Source: Acidobacteriota bacterium (GTDB lineage Bacteria; Acidobacteriota; Vicinamibacteria; Vicinamibacterales; CAVVIG01). Taken from it: a stretch of 64,000 bases of DNA. Positions 11,028-20,440 of this stretch are shown here, piece by piece. The position numbers and the translations under genes were made by a program. Location: positions 4,624 to 68,623 of the forward strand of contig JAYTXA010000033.1 in NCBI GenBank assembly GCA_043743165.1. Direction: 5' to 3'. The notes below the pieces were generated by a model that was not told the origin of the DNA, searched no databases, and worked only from the letters and a program-made list of their open reading frames with translations. Position 1 is the first letter of the stretch, and each line of letters opens with the position of its first letter.

Positions 11028-11687
11028 GTGATCGAAACCTACCACCTGTCGAAGGTCTACAGCCGCGGCGTCTATGCGCTGCGCGACGTGACGTTGTCCA
11101 TCGACAAGGGGGAGTTCCTCTTCCTGACGGGCGCGAGTGGCGCTGGCAAGTCGACGTTGCTGCGCCTGTTGCTCTGCGCCGAGCAGCCAACCGAAGGCAC
11201 GCTCAAGGTGGGCGGCCGCGTGCTCGGCGACCTCTCACCTGCCGAAGTCCAGGCCCACCGCCGCTCGGTCGGCTTCGTGTTCCAGGACTTCAGGCTCATC
11301 CCCCGCTTCACCGTGTTCCAGAACGTCGCGTTCGTGATGCGGGTGCTCGGCGTCGACCTCGCGACACAGCAGCGCAAGACGTTCCAGGTGTTGAAGTGGG
11401 TGGGGCTGCAGCACCGGATGAACGCCTACCCGGAGGAACTCTCCGGCGGCGAACAGCAGCGTGTCGCCGTGGCGCGCGCGCTCGTCAACGACCCGCACAT
11501 CGTGCTCGCTGACGAACCGACCGGAAATCTCGACCCCGACCTCTCGCTGGAGATCATGAACCTCTTCCGCGAGGCGAACGCGCGCGGCACCACCGTGCTC
11601 GTGGCCACACACGACCTGTGGATGATTCGCCGCGTCGGCCGCCGTGTCGTCGGGCTCGAACACGGCCGCGTCGTCGAGGTGTCCTGA
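11028..11687 (+). CDS. ftsE: cell division ATP-binding protein FtsE
   Basis: Walker A GASGAGKST, ABC signature LSGGEQQRV, Walker B IVLADEPT. Followed by ftsX. Confidence 0.95.
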   Translation: MIETYHLSKVYSRGVYALRDVTLSIDKGEFLFLTGASGAGKSTLLRLLLCAEQPTEGTLKVGGRVLGDLSPAEVQAHRRSVGFVFQDFRLIPRFTVFQNVAFVMRVLGVDLATQQRKTFQVLKWVGLQHRMNAYPEELSGGEQQRVAVARALVNDPHIVLADEPTGNLDPDLSLEIMNLFREANARGTTVLVATHDLWMIRRVGRRVVGLEHGRVVEVS

Positions 11688-11688
11688 C

Positions 11689-12573
11689 ATGCGACTGCTG
11701 CGCTACGCCTTCGACGAAGCCGCCGCCAGCCTGTGGCGCGGACGTCGTTCGAGCCTGCTGTCGACGGCGACCATCGCCATTGCCCTGTTCGTCACCGGTG
11801 CGTTCCTCATCGTCACGTCGAACCTCGAGCGGATGGCCGAGGAGTGGAGCGGCGCCGCGGAAATGTCGGTCTACCTTGCCGACGGCCTCGGCGGTCCTGA
11901 GCGCGCGGCACTCGAACGCGACCTGGGCGGCGACCCGAGCGTGACCAGCGTCGAGTTCATCTCCAAGGAGACGGCGCTGGCGCGCTTCCGCCAGACCTTC
12001 CCCGACCTCGCCCAGACGCTTGCTGGCATGGCGGAGAACCCGCTGCCGGCGTCACTGGACGTGCGGCTGCGCTCAACGTCCGGGGCGTCCGGACCAATCG
12101 ATGCGCTCGTCAACCGGATGCGCACGACGGCCGGCGTGGCCGACGTCCGCTACGACAAGGATTGGCTCGACCGCCTGTTGCGCGGCGTGCGCGTGCTGCG
12201 CGTGGTCGGCTTCGCCCTGGGCGGCGCCCTGCTGCTGGCCGCGGCGCTCACCATCACCAACGTGGTGCGGCTCGCCCTGACCGCGCGGCGTGACGAACTG
12301 GACATCATGCACCTGGTGGGTGCGCCCCCCGCCTACGTGCGCGGACCGTTCGTGATGGAGGGTGCGCTGCACGGCGGTGTCGGCGCCCTCGTGGCGCTGC
12401 TGGTGCTGGCCGCGGTGTTCGTCTCGGCTCGCGTGCGGGTCCTGACGCCGCTCGCGTCCGCGCTGAACCTGTCGTCGGTAAGCTTCCTGTCGCCGCTGCT
12501 GGTGGTGCTGATCGTCGGGGGCGGGCTCGCGGTCGGCTGCCTGGCGGGCTGGGTGGCAAGCCGCCGGGCGTGA
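11689..12573 (+). CDS. ftsX: cell division permease-like protein FtsX
   Basis: ORF 11644..12573 trimmed to ATG 11689, 1 nt after the ftsE stop. MRLLRYAFDEAAASLWRGRRSSLLSTATIAIALFV.. Has 4 TM helices and a periplasmic loop. Confidence 0.9.
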   Translation: MRLLRYAFDEAAASLWRGRRSSLLSTATIAIALFVTGAFLIVTSNLERMAEEWSGAAEMSVYLADGLGGPERAALERDLGGDPSVTSVEFISKETALARFRQTFPDLAQTLAGMAENPLPASLDVRLRSTSGASGPIDALVNRMRTTAGVADVRYDKDWLDRLLRGVRVLRVVGFALGGALLLAAALTITNVVRLALTARRDELDIMHLVGAPPAYVRGPFVMEGALHGGVGALVALLVLAAVFVSARVRVLTPLASALNLSSVSFLSPLLVVLIVGGGLAVGCLAGWVASRRA

Positions 12574-12589
12574 GGCGTGTTACAGAATC

Positions 12590-12619
12590 TTGACACGCGT
12601 TTCGGCGTACTTCTACACT
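12590..12619 (+). promoter_or_regulatory. sigma70-like promoter (TTGACA-N18-TACACT) upstream of the orphan small ORF
   Basis: Perfect -35 TTGACA at 12590-12595 and TACACT at 12614-12619, in a locally lower-G+C spacer after ftsX. Confidence 0.4.
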
Positions 12620-12655
12620 GACCTCATCTCGGAACCGTTCACCCTGAGGAACTGC

Positions 12656-12940
12656 ATGCCACGCTTCGTGACCGATAGGCCGATCAGCGCGCTGCACCCG
12701 ATCAGCGAGTTCTACCGTCAGGAATTCGCCCGGCATCACCGCTGTCTCCAGCAGCAGCGGTCGTATTTTTCCGATAGTGCCATCACCGACGTCGAGGCCG
12801 CCCTCAGCCGCATCATGAGTGACCTCGATCAGTTGTGCGCGAAAGACGACGCTCCTGAAGTTGTCAGCGGTCTCCTCAAGCAGATCGACACCGTTACCGG
12901 CCTTTCCTCCTCCTTCTCAGATTCCAGACGCAATCACTGA
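12656..12940 (+). CDS. hypothetical small protein (94 aa), no recognisable family
   Basis: ATG 12656 preceded by GAGGAA. Third-position G+C is clearly higher than the local overall G+C in this frame. MPRFVTDRPISALHPISEFYRQEFARHHRCLQQQRSYFSD... Start is uncertain (the track ORF begins at TTG 12590). Confidence 0.5.
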   Translation: MPRFVTDRPISALHPISEFYRQEFARHHRCLQQQRSYFSDSAITDVEAALSRIMSDLDQLCAKDDAPEVVSGLLKQIDTVTGLSSSFSDSRRNH

Positions 12941-13098
12941 ACGCACCCTCAGACGCCCTGAGAACTGATCTCCTGCGCATCGCGCAGGCAGGCATCCGTG
13001 CGGTTGAACCCGGACGGCTCGTTCGTTCGGGCTTCGCCCGGCGCACGCCCAGCGACCGCGCCGCGTGGCTCATTGCGGCAGGCAAGGCGGCCGTCCCC

Positions 13099-14223
13099 AT
13101 GGCGCGCGCCGCGGTGGCTGCGCTTGGCGGGCGCGTGCAGGGCGGACTGGTGGTCGCACCAGCGCTCGACGACCTGCCCGCGCGGCTCGAGGGGGTGGTC
13201 GGCCAGCATCCGCAACCCGGTTCAGGCAGCGAGGACGGGGGACGCCGCGCCCTCGCCATGGCGAGGGCAATGCCGGCCGATGCCGAACTGCTCGTGCTCG
13301 TCTCCGGTGGGGCGTCGTCGCTGATGGCGGTGCCCGCCCCTGGGCTGTGTCTCGAGGACAAGCGCGAGGCCACCGGTGTGCTGCTTCGCTCGGGCGCCGA
13401 TATCTACGCGCTGAACACGGTGCGCAAGCATCTGTCGGCGATCAAGGGCGGACGACTGGCCGCTGCCTGTCCGGTCGCCAGCCACACCTTCGTGCTGTCC
13501 GACGTGGTGGGGGACGACCTCAGCTTCATCGCCTCTGGCCCAACCGTTCCCGACCCGACCACTTACGGTGATGCGTTGTTCGTCATCGACCGGTTCGGCG
13601 GACGCGAAGCATTCCCCCGGTCGGTGGTCGAGCACCTCCTGGCAGGGGCGCGTGGTGAATGGCCGGAGTCGCCAAAGCCTGGCGACCCACGTCTGGCGCA
13701 CGCCGTGACCGAACTCGTCGGCGGCAGGCATGACGCCATGCGCGGCGCCGCGGCCGACGCCGAAGCGTGCGGCTACACGGTGGTGATGCTCGACGAACCG
13801 ATTGTCGGCGAGGCGCGCCTGGCCGGCACGGCACTGGCGCGCCGGGCCATCGCTCAGCGCCTGGTCGTCAGCGGGCCGCTGTGCCTGATCGCCAGCGGCG
13901 AGACCACCGTCCGCGTGACCGGGCGCGGTCGCGGCGGGCGAAACCAGGAACTGGCGCTTGCGGCCGCCGCGGTGCTGGCCGAATTGACGACGCCGGCGGT
14001 GGCAGCCAGCCTCGGCACCGACGGCATCGACGGCCCAACGGACGCGGCAGGCGCCATGGTCGATGCCACCACCATCACGCGGGCGACACGTGCCGGGCTG
14101 TCCCCGGCCGCGATCCTCAGAAATAACAACTCGTACGCACTCTTCGACGCGATCGGCGACCTCGTCCGCACGGGACCGAGTGGCACCAACGTCGGAGACC
14201 TGCAAGTCTTTCTGCTAGCCTGA
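13099..14223 (+). CDS. glycerate kinase / hydroxypyruvate reductase family (DUF4147 + MOFRL)
   Basis: ..AAGKAAVPMARAAV.., ..LVLVSGGASSLM.., ..LNTVRKHLSAIKGG.., C-terminal MOFRL ..GTDGIDGPTDAAGA..GPSGTNVGDL. The first ATG is 13099, but conserved N-terminal sequence continues in frame upstream to about 12940 with no ATG/GTG/TTG (see finding). Confidence 0.85.
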   Translation: MARAAVAALGGRVQGGLVVAPALDDLPARLEGVVGQHPQPGSGSEDGGRRALAMARAMPADAELLVLVSGGASSLMAVPAPGLCLEDKREATGVLLRSGADIYALNTVRKHLSAIKGGRLAAACPVASHTFVLSDVVGDDLSFIASGPTVPDPTTYGDALFVIDRFGGREAFPRSVVEHLLAGARGEWPESPKPGDPRLAHAVTELVGGRHDAMRGAAADAEACGYTVVMLDEPIVGEARLAGTALARRAIAQRLVVSGPLCLIASGETTVRVTGRGRGGRNQELALAAAAVLAELTTPAVAASLGTDGIDGPTDAAGAMVDATTITRATRAGLSPAAILRNNNSYALFDAIGDLVRTGPSGTNVGDLQVFLLA

Positions 14224-14227
14224 CGCC

Positions 14228-16516
14228 ATGAAGTCCCGCGACGAGATCCTCGAGCGCATGCGTGAGCGGGTGCACCATCCCGCCGGCACGCGCGAACTCT
14301 TTCAGCTGCTCGACGTCGATCGCGACGAGCGCGCCACCTTCCGCCGCCACCTCAAGAGCCTGGTCGCCGACGGCGAACTCATCCAGATTCGCGGCAACCG
14401 CTTCGGTTTGCCCGAAAAGATGGACCTTCACGTCGGCCGTCTGCAGACCCACCCGAGTGGCTTCGGCTTCGTGACGCCCGAACGCGAGATGGACCACAGC
14501 GGCGACATCTTCATTCCGGCGCACCAGCTCGCCGAGGCGATGAACCGCGACCGGGTCGTCGTACGCATCGAGAAGGTGAAAGACGACGGCCGTGTCGAGG
14601 GGCGGGTCATCCGTGTGCTCGAGCGGGCCAACAGTTCGCTGGTTGGACGCTTCGACCAGGCCGCGCACGGCGTCGGCATCGTGGTGCCGTTCGATCAGCG
14701 CGTGCTCATGGACATCTTCATTCCGTCCGGGCAGGAGCACGGTGCCGAACCCGGGCAGATGGTGGTGGTGGAACTGACGCGCTGGCCGACGGGCAACCGC
14801 GGCGCCATTGGCCGCGTGCGCGAGGTGCTGGGCGACATCGATGCCCCTGGCGTTGACACCGAAATCATCATCCGGAAGTTCAACATCCCCGACGCGCACT
14901 CGGACGAGTCGATCACCGAAGCCGTCCGCCTCGGCGCCGCCGTGAAGGACGCGGACATCCGTGGCCGCACCGACTTGCGTGCGCTGCCAACGGTGACCAT
15001 CGACGGCGAGCATGCCCGCGACTTCGACGACGCCATCACCATCGAGAAACTGGCGAACGGGAACTACTGGCTCGGTGTGCATATCGCCGACGTCTCGCAC
15101 TACGTGCAGGAGGGAAGCGCCCTCGACCGCGAGTCGTACCAGCGCGGGACGTCGGTCTACTTCCCCGAGCGGGCCGTCCACATGTTCCCGGCGGAACTGT
15201 CGACCGGGCTCTGCAGCCTCAATCCGCATGTCGATCGTCTCGTGCAGACCTGCTTCATGGAGGTGACGGGCGGCGGCGAGGTGGTCCGGTCCGAGTTCCA
15301 CGACGGGGTCATCAACAGCGACGAGCGCATGACCTACACCGCGGTCAACGGGATTCTGACCGACCGCGAGCCGGCACTGCTGCAGCGCTACGAGCCGTTG
15401 GTGCCGATGTTCGAGCTGATGGGTGAACTCTTCGTCATCCTCAACTCGGCACGTCATCGCCGCGGGTCGATCGACTTCGACCTCAACGAAACGCAGCTGA
15501 TCATGGACTCGGGCGGGATGGTCGAGGCCATCGTGGCACTGGAACGCAACATCGCCCACCGGCTGATCGAAGAGTTCATGCTCCTGGCAAACGAGACGGT
15601 GGCCACCTACCTCGAAGCCCATGAGGCACCGGGGCTGTTCCGCATCCACGAAGAGCCCGACCCGATGAAGGTGGCGAAGTTCGAGGAGTTCGTCTCGTCG
15701 TTCGATCTCAGCCTTGGCGCGCCGCTCACCGGGCTGCGGCCGCGGCACTTCCAGAAGCTGATCGAACGCATTGCCGGGCGTCCCGAGGAAAAGCCGATCG
15801 CCTACCTCATGCTACGGACGATGCAGAAGGCGCGGTACTCGCCGGAGAACAGCGGGCACTTCGGTCTGGCCGCGCACAGCTACACGCACTTCACGTCGCC
15901 GATTCGGCGCTACCCGGACCTCGTGGTGCATCGTGCGTTGCGGGCCTCTCGCCACGGCGCGCTGTCGCCGGAGCAGATCGAGGCGGCACGCGAGGACCTG
16001 CCGGAGGTGGCCCGTCACACCTCCGAGATGGAACGGCGCGCCAGCGACGCCGAGCGCGAACTGTTGCAGTGGAAAAAGGTGAAGTTCATGGCCGACAAGG
16101 TCGGCGATGAATTCGAGGGATACGTCACGGGTGTCGCCGCATTCGGGCTGTTCGCCGAACTCGTGGAGCACTACGTCGAGGGACTCGTCCACATCTCGAC
16201 CATGGCCGACGACTACTACCGGTTCGTCGAGACCGCGCACATGCTGCGGGGCGAGAATACGCAGACGGCCTACAGGCTGGGCGACAAGGTCAAGGTACGG
16301 GTGTTGCGCGTCAATATGGACGCGAGGCAGATCGAACTGGGGCTGGTGGATATTCTCGAGCGGGTGCGGGACGGCGAGCGTGGCACGCGGTCGTCTGCCC
16401 GGCCGAAGCCGAAGCGGGCGCAGGCGAAGAGCCAGAAAGCCGAACGCCCGGGATCCAGGAAGAATTCCCGGCCCGGGCGGAACGAACGTCAGCAGCGAAA
16501 AGGAAAACGGCGTTAA
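14228..16516 (+). CDS. rnr: ribonuclease R
   Basis: 762 aa. Winged-helix N-terminus, cold-shock-like domains, RNB core (..[20 protein letters not shown]..), an S1 domain and a Lys/Arg-rich tail. Confidence 0.95.
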   Translation: MKSRDEILERMRERVHHPAGTRELFQLLDVDRDERATFRRHLKSLVADGELIQIRGNRFGLPEKMDLHVGRLQTHPSGFGFVTPEREMDHSGDIFIPAHQLAEAMNRDRVVVRIEKVKDDGRVEGRVIRVLERANSSLVGRFDQAAHGVGIVVPFDQRVLMDIFIPSGQEHGAEPGQMVVVELTRWPTGNRGAIGRVREVLGDIDAPGVDTEIIIRKFNIPDAHSDESITEAVRLGAAVKDADIRGRTDLRALPTVTIDGEHARDFDDAITIEKLANGNYWLGVHIADVSHYVQEGSALDRESYQRGTSVYFPERAVHMFPAELSTGLCSLNPHVDRLVQTCFMEVTGGGEVVRSEFHDGVINSDERMTYTAVNGILTDREPALLQRYEPLVPMFELMGELFVILNSARHRRGSIDFDLNETQLIMDSGGMVEAIVALERNIAHRLIEEFMLLANETVATYLEAHEAPGLFRIHEEPDPMKVAKFEEFVSSFDLSLGAPLTGLRPRHFQKLIERIAGRPEEKPIAYLMLRTMQKARYSPENSGHFGLAAHSYTHFTSPIRRYPDLVVHRALRASRHGALSPEQIEAAREDLPEVARHTSEMERRASDAERELLQWKKVKFMADKVGDEFEGYVTGVAAFGLFAELVEHYVEGLVHISTMADDYYRFVETAHMLRGENTQTAYRLGDKVKVRVLRVNMDARQIELGLVDILERVRDGERGTRSSARPKPKRAQAKSQKAERPGSRKNSRPGRNERQQRKGKRR

Positions 16517-16671
16517 CTCTTGTGGTCGGCCGTCTCGTCCTTGATGCCGTCCTTGAAATTGCGGATCGCGCTGCCGATGCCCTTACCAAGTCCAGGGAGG
16601 CGATTGGCGCCGAAGATCACGATGACGATCGCCAGAATGATGAGAAGTTCTGGCACTCCGATGCGGCCCAT
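16513..16671 (-). CDS. tatA: twin-arginine translocase subunit TatA/E (52 aa)
   Basis: Own translation; too short for the ORF track: [64 protein letters not shown] 5 nt upstream (7 nt from the GGAGG core). The stop codon shares bases with the rnr stop on the opposite strand (TTAA). Confidence 0.9.
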   Translation of the reverse strand: MGRIGVPELLIILAIVIVIFGANRLPGLGKGIGSAIRNFKDGIKDETADHKS

Positions 16672-16720
16672 GTTCAGACTCCTCCCCGATGTGTTTCAGC
16701 GTGCCGGTGACTGGTGGCGC

Positions 16721-17626
16721 GTGTTGAGCCGGGGACTCGCGGTGATCTTACCACCGCGCTTTGCCCCCTGGGTGTTCGTTTTGTGTATGGGCCTGGCCTT
16801 CAGCGCGATGGCACCGCGGGCAGCGGGGCAGTTCGCGTCGGGGGTCAGCCTGGTCGAGGTGTACGCCAGCGTGCTCGATGCGAGCGGCGAGCCGGTGGGC
16901 GGCCTCTCGTCCGACGACTTCATCGTCGAGGAGGACGGGCGACGCCAGCAGGTGCAGACGTTCGCCGCCTCCGACTTCCCGCTGTCGCTGGCGATTGCGG
17001 TGGACCGCAGCTTCAGCCTCTCGCAAGCGCGCCTGACCCAGGTGGTCTATGCGGTGCAGCGGTTGCTCGGCGAGCTGCGCGACGAGGACCGTGTGACGCT
17101 GCTGGCCATCGGCAGCGAGGTCGAAGTCTTGACGCCGCTGTCGGCAGACCATCGCGCGGCCTACGACGCACTCAGCGGACTGACCCCGTGGGGCACGACG
17201 CCGCTGTTCGACGCCACCAAGCAGGCGATCGCGCGTGTGCAGGATGCCCCCGGTCGCCGTGCTTTGATTCTGGTGACCGACGGCGACGACCGTTACAGCG
17301 CTTCCACGGCTGCCGAGATGGTGGCCGACGCCCGCCGCCACGACGTGCTGGTGTATCCGGTCAGCCTGCGGCGCACGTCACCTCCGGTGCTCGTCGAACT
17401 GGCGGACGTGACCGGAGCGCGAGCCACGGCCCTGCCGCGGCTCGCGGCGCTTCCTGCGGCCCTGTCATCAATCGCCGGTGAGTTGCGGCGGCAGTACCTG
17501 CTTGGCTACGTGCCCGCCGCGGCCGGAACGCCGCCGGGCGCCGGGGCGTGGCGCTCGATTTCGGTGCGCGTGACACAGCCAGGCCTGCGTGTGCGTGCGC
17601 GCGACGGATATTACGCCGGGAAGTAG
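16721..17626 (+). CDS. VWA domain-containing protein (acidobacterial VWFA-related type)
   Basis: ORF 16520..17626 trimmed to GTG 16721, because upstream codons are antisense to tatA. Signal-like VLSRGLAVILPPRFAPWVFVLCMGLAFSAMA. MIDAS-like ..IAVDRSFS.. and ..TPLFDA..LILVTDGDD.. Start is uncertain. Confidence 0.8.
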   Translation: MLSRGLAVILPPRFAPWVFVLCMGLAFSAMAPRAAGQFASGVSLVEVYASVLDASGEPVGGLSSDDFIVEEDGRRQQVQTFAASDFPLSLAIAVDRSFSLSQARLTQVVYAVQRLLGELRDEDRVTLLAIGSEVEVLTPLSADHRAAYDALSGLTPWGTTPLFDATKQAIARVQDAPGRRALILVTDGDDRYSASTAAEMVADARRHDVLVYPVSLRRTSPPVLVELADVTGARATALPRLAALPAALSSIAGELRRQYLLGYVPAAAGTPPGAGAWRSISVRVTQPGLRVRARDGYYAGK

Positions 17627-18783
17627 GCGTTGCGCAGCCACTTCCAGGCGAGCCCGAACTCCAGCGTGCCGAGCAGCCGCCGCTTGATGGTCCGGTACGG
17701 TTGCGTGCCGGCCACGAGGTCGGCCATCACCGATTGCACCGCCGTGCTCGAGTTGAGTGCGTCGAGCAGGAGGTGCGTGAAACGCGGCTGGAAGAAGCCC
17801 GCCTTCAGGGCGGCCGCCGCGGCCAGGTCGGCGCCGATTTCCTCGCGCACCCGCTCGGTGTAGCGCACGTGTGCGGCGTCGTCATGGCTCAACGCGTCAG
17901 CCGCCATGAGGGCCGACTGCAGGGCGAAGTAGATCCCCTCGCGCGTGATCGGATCGACGAGGCCTGCCGCGTCGCCAACCGTGAGCCAGCCGTCGCCTGC
18001 GAGCGGCACGCGCCTGAAGTCGGCGGCGGACAGCGACGGAATCGGCCACGAGTACGGTTCCAGACGCGCGCCGTCTGCGAGGCGACTATCGATCAGCCAT
18101 TGCCCCAGGACCGCGCGGGCCGCGCCGACGGTGGTCTCGGTGGCTTGGGCGCAGATGCCGATTGCGAGATGGTCCGGACGAGGGAACGACCAGATGTAAC
18201 CGGCGGGCCGCTCCACCAGTTCCAGGACAATTTCCCGGCTCGAGACGCCGTGGGCGTAGACCCCGGTGGCAATCGACAATTGCGCGCGCGTGAACGGCGC
18301 CGTGAATCGGCGGCGGACGAGGCTGTTGGCGCCATCCGCGCCAACGACCCAGCGTGCGGTGAGCCGCTGGCCGTCGGACGTCACGAGCGTGTGCGGGCGT
18401 CCGGGTTCGATGGCCACGACACGCGCGCGGACGAGGGAGGCGCCGCGCTCCGCCGCGGCCGAGAACAGCAGGCGGTCCGAGTCGAGCCGGCTCGCGACGA
18501 CGAGCGTGCGGGCGTCCGGCAGCGGCACGATCGCCTCGCGCCTGCGTCGGCTGTCTGTGAAGCGGGCGCTGGTGACGCGCACGCCGGGCAGGTCCGTGTT
18601 GGGGAGCAGGTCGCGGACGAGTGTGAGCGCGCGCCCGGTGAAACCGCCGCCGCACGGCTTTTCGCGGGGATGCGATCCGTCGAGCAGCACGACCCGCGCG
18701 CCTCTCGACGCAAGCGTCGCGGCAACGACACTTCCCGACGGGCCACCGCCGACGACCGCCACATCACACTGCACGACTCGCAT
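17611..18783 (-). CDS. geranylgeranyl reductase family / FAD-dependent oxidoreductase
   Basis: N-terminal dinucleotide fold CDVAVVGGGPSGSVVAATLASRGARVVLLD, ..KPCGGG.., and GD motif ..LTVGDAAGLVDPITREGI.. Confidence 0.85.
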   Translation of the reverse strand: MRVVQCDVAVVGGGPSGSVVAATLASRGARVVLLDGSHPREKPCGGGFTGRALTLVRDLLPNTDLPGVRVTSARFTDSRRRREAIVPLPDARTLVVASRLDSDRLLFSAAAERGASLVRARVVAIEPGRPHTLVTSDGQRLTARWVVGADGANSLVRRRFTAPFTRAQLSIATGVYAHGVSSREIVLELVERPAGYIWSFPRPDHLAIGICAQATETTVGAARAVLGQWLIDSRLADGARLEPYSWPIPSLSAADFRRVPLAGDGWLTVGDAAGLVDPITREGIYFALQSALMAADALSHDDAAHVRYTERVREEIGADLAAAAALKAGFFQPRFTHLLLDALNSSTAVQSVMADLVAGTQPYRTIKRRLLGTLEFGLAWKWLRNAYFPA

Positions 18784-18797
18784 GCTACATTACGCCC

Positions 18798-19256
18798 ATG
18801 ACCGACACGGATGCGGGCCGATTCACTGTCGGCGTCTTCCAGGACGTGTCGTGGGCGGGGAAGGGGCTGGCCGCACTGGCCCGAGCGGGTCTCCTGCCCG
18901 AGTCGCTCAGCATCGTGGCGCTCGTCTCGCCCGAGGCTGGCGCGCTCATCGAGCAGACGTTGAACGGTGCGCCCGAAACGATGCGCGTGGCCGGGGTCGG
19001 TGACGTGTTCGCGAAAGGGCCCGTGTTGCGCGCGCTGCAGGGCTCGTCGAACGACCTCGACACGCAGGGGCTCGCAGGCACCATGCGCCGCATCGGGTTC
19101 CAGCCGCACGACGCCCGCATCTTCGAAGTGCTGACTGCCCGTGGTGGCGTCCTCGTCGCGATTCACAGCGAACCGCGCGCTGCGGATGCGCTCGCGGTGC
19201 TGCATGCGTTCGGTGGCGGCAATGCGGCGATCGGGGCGTGGACCGGCCGGCTTTGA
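18798..19256 (+). CDS. hypothetical protein (152 aa)
   Basis: ORF with good codon bias. No family recognised by eye. Only 14 bp from the divergent reductase start. Confidence 0.6.
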   Translation: MTDTDAGRFTVGVFQDVSWAGKGLAALARAGLLPESLSIVALVSPEAGALIEQTLNGAPETMRVAGVGDVFAKGPVLRALQGSSNDLDTQGLAGTMRRIGFQPHDARIFEVLTARGGVLVAIHSEPRAADALAVLHAFGGGNAAIGAWTGRL

Positions 19257-19386
19257 CCGCGCGTCTCACGAGCAGCGGTCGCGTCGTGCGCCGACCGTAT
19301 GCGCAGACGAAGAAGGGGACACGACCATCCTGAAGTGGCGCGCGTCCAAAGGATTCAGAGCCTGCTGCGGGGCACCCGTTTTGCAG

Positions 19387-19415
19387 TTGCAGCCGTTCAA
19401 CCCGTGCGCCACAAT
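19387..19415 (+). promoter_or_regulatory. possible sigma70-like promoter for the tonB-family gene (TTGCAG-N17-CACAAT)
   Basis: TTGCAG at 19387-19392 and CACAAT at 19410-19415. The same CCACAATA -10 context is seen upstream of ffh. Confidence 0.3.
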
Positions 19416-19442
19416 ACCTCTACGAGTCAGATTCCGTTGCCC

Positions 19443-20363
19443 ATGGCAGAGCGCACGCCGTCGGTAGAACCGCACGTCAACGTGTCGGCCGGGCACCTGT
19501 CGGTCCGTGTCGAGGGCGCGCATCCGCCCGACATCACCTTCTCATTCGAGCGACAGTCTCAGCGCCTGCTCCCGTCGTTCGGGGCGGCGTTGCTGCTTCA
19601 GGTGGCCGTTGTCACCCTGCTGATGCTGCTCGCCCGCTTTGCTCCCGCCATTCAGCTCACGCCAGCAGTCATGCCGGAGGATATCAGCGACCGGATCGTG
19701 TGGCTCAGCCAGCCCGGTCCCGGTGGTGGTGGCGGTGGTGGTGGCAACCAGATGAAGGAGCCGCCGCGCGCGGCGGAACTGCCGGGCAAGGACAAGTTGA
19801 CGGTCCCGGTCGAGAGGCCGCCGTCGATCGAACCGCCGAAGCTGACCAAGGTCGAGCCCACGCCGGTTGAGCAACTGAACATTCCGGCGCTGACCCTGTC
19901 GTCGGGCGCTGAGGTGCTGGCCGGTGCCATCGACGCGCCGCCCGGGCCGCCCACGCCGTCGCTCGGTAGCGGAAGCGGCGGTGGCGCAGGCACGGGGACC
20001 GGTTCGGGTATTGGCTCTGGTGCAGGCTCGGGACTCGGTACGGGAACCGGCGGAGGCACGGGCGGCGGGGTCTATCAGCCGGGCAACGGCGTTACGCTGC
20101 CGCGCATTCTCCGTGAGGTGAAGCCGGCCTACACCTCGGACGCCATGCGCGCCAAGGTGCAGGGCACGGTACTGCTGCAGTGTGTTGTCAGGCCCGACGG
20201 TGCGGTCACCGACATTCAGGTGCTGCGCTCGCTCGATTCGGTCTTCGGACTTGATCAGGAAGCGATGAAGGCGGCGCGCCAGTGGCGCTTTGCGCCCGGC
20301 ACGCGCATGGGGCAGGCGGTGCCGGTGCAGATCACGATCGAACTCACCTTTACGTTGCGCTGA
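19443..20363 (+). CDS. energy transducer TonB family protein
   Basis: ORF 19299..20363 trimmed to ATG 19443. TM LLPSFGAALLLQVAVVTLLMLL, Pro/Gly-rich linker, and C-terminal TonB domain ..KPAYTSDAMRAKVQGTVLLQCVVRPDGAVTDIQVLRSLDSVFGLDQEAMKAARQWRFAPG.. Confidence 0.85.
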   Translation: MAERTPSVEPHVNVSAGHLSVRVEGAHPPDITFSFERQSQRLLPSFGAALLLQVAVVTLLMLLARFAPAIQLTPAVMPEDISDRIVWLSQPGPGGGGGGGGNQMKEPPRAAELPGKDKLTVPVERPPSIEPPKLTKVEPTPVEQLNIPALTLSSGAEVLAGAIDAPPGPPTPSLGSGSGGGAGTGTGSGIGSGAGSGLGTGTGGGTGGGVYQPGNGVTLPRILREVKPAYTSDAMRAKVQGTVLLQCVVRPDGAVTDIQVLRSLDSVFGLDQEAMKAARQWRFAPGTRMGQAVPVQITIELTFTLR

Positions 20364-20440
20364 GTCGAGGGCCGGGAAGGGCTGGGACGGGCAGGAGGGG
20401 CAGGAAGGGCGGCCCCCCGCTGTTCGGTGCAACGACAAGG

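Noticed and set aside
14117-15748. 543-aa minus-strand ORF
   Set aside because: Antisense to RNase R. Shadow ORF.
16520-16720. N-terminal 67 codons of the VWA ORF (start at 16520)
   Set aside because: This stretch is the antisense of the strongly supported tatA gene. The VWA signal-like sequence begins at GTG 16721.
18395-18415. GGGTTCGATGG-type tRNA T-arm-like strings (also near 36585, 43655 and 57170)
   Set aside because: All lie inside well-supported coding sequences and lack acceptor or anticodon stems. I could support no tRNA gene in any intergenic gap.
19700-20070. GGT/GGC-rich DNA repeats inside the tonB-family gene as a possible VNTR or contingency locus
   Set aside because: They encode the Gly/Pro-rich linker typical of TonB proteins (GGGGGGGG, GSG/GTG runs) and stay in frame. 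They are low-complexity coding sequence rather than a separate element.
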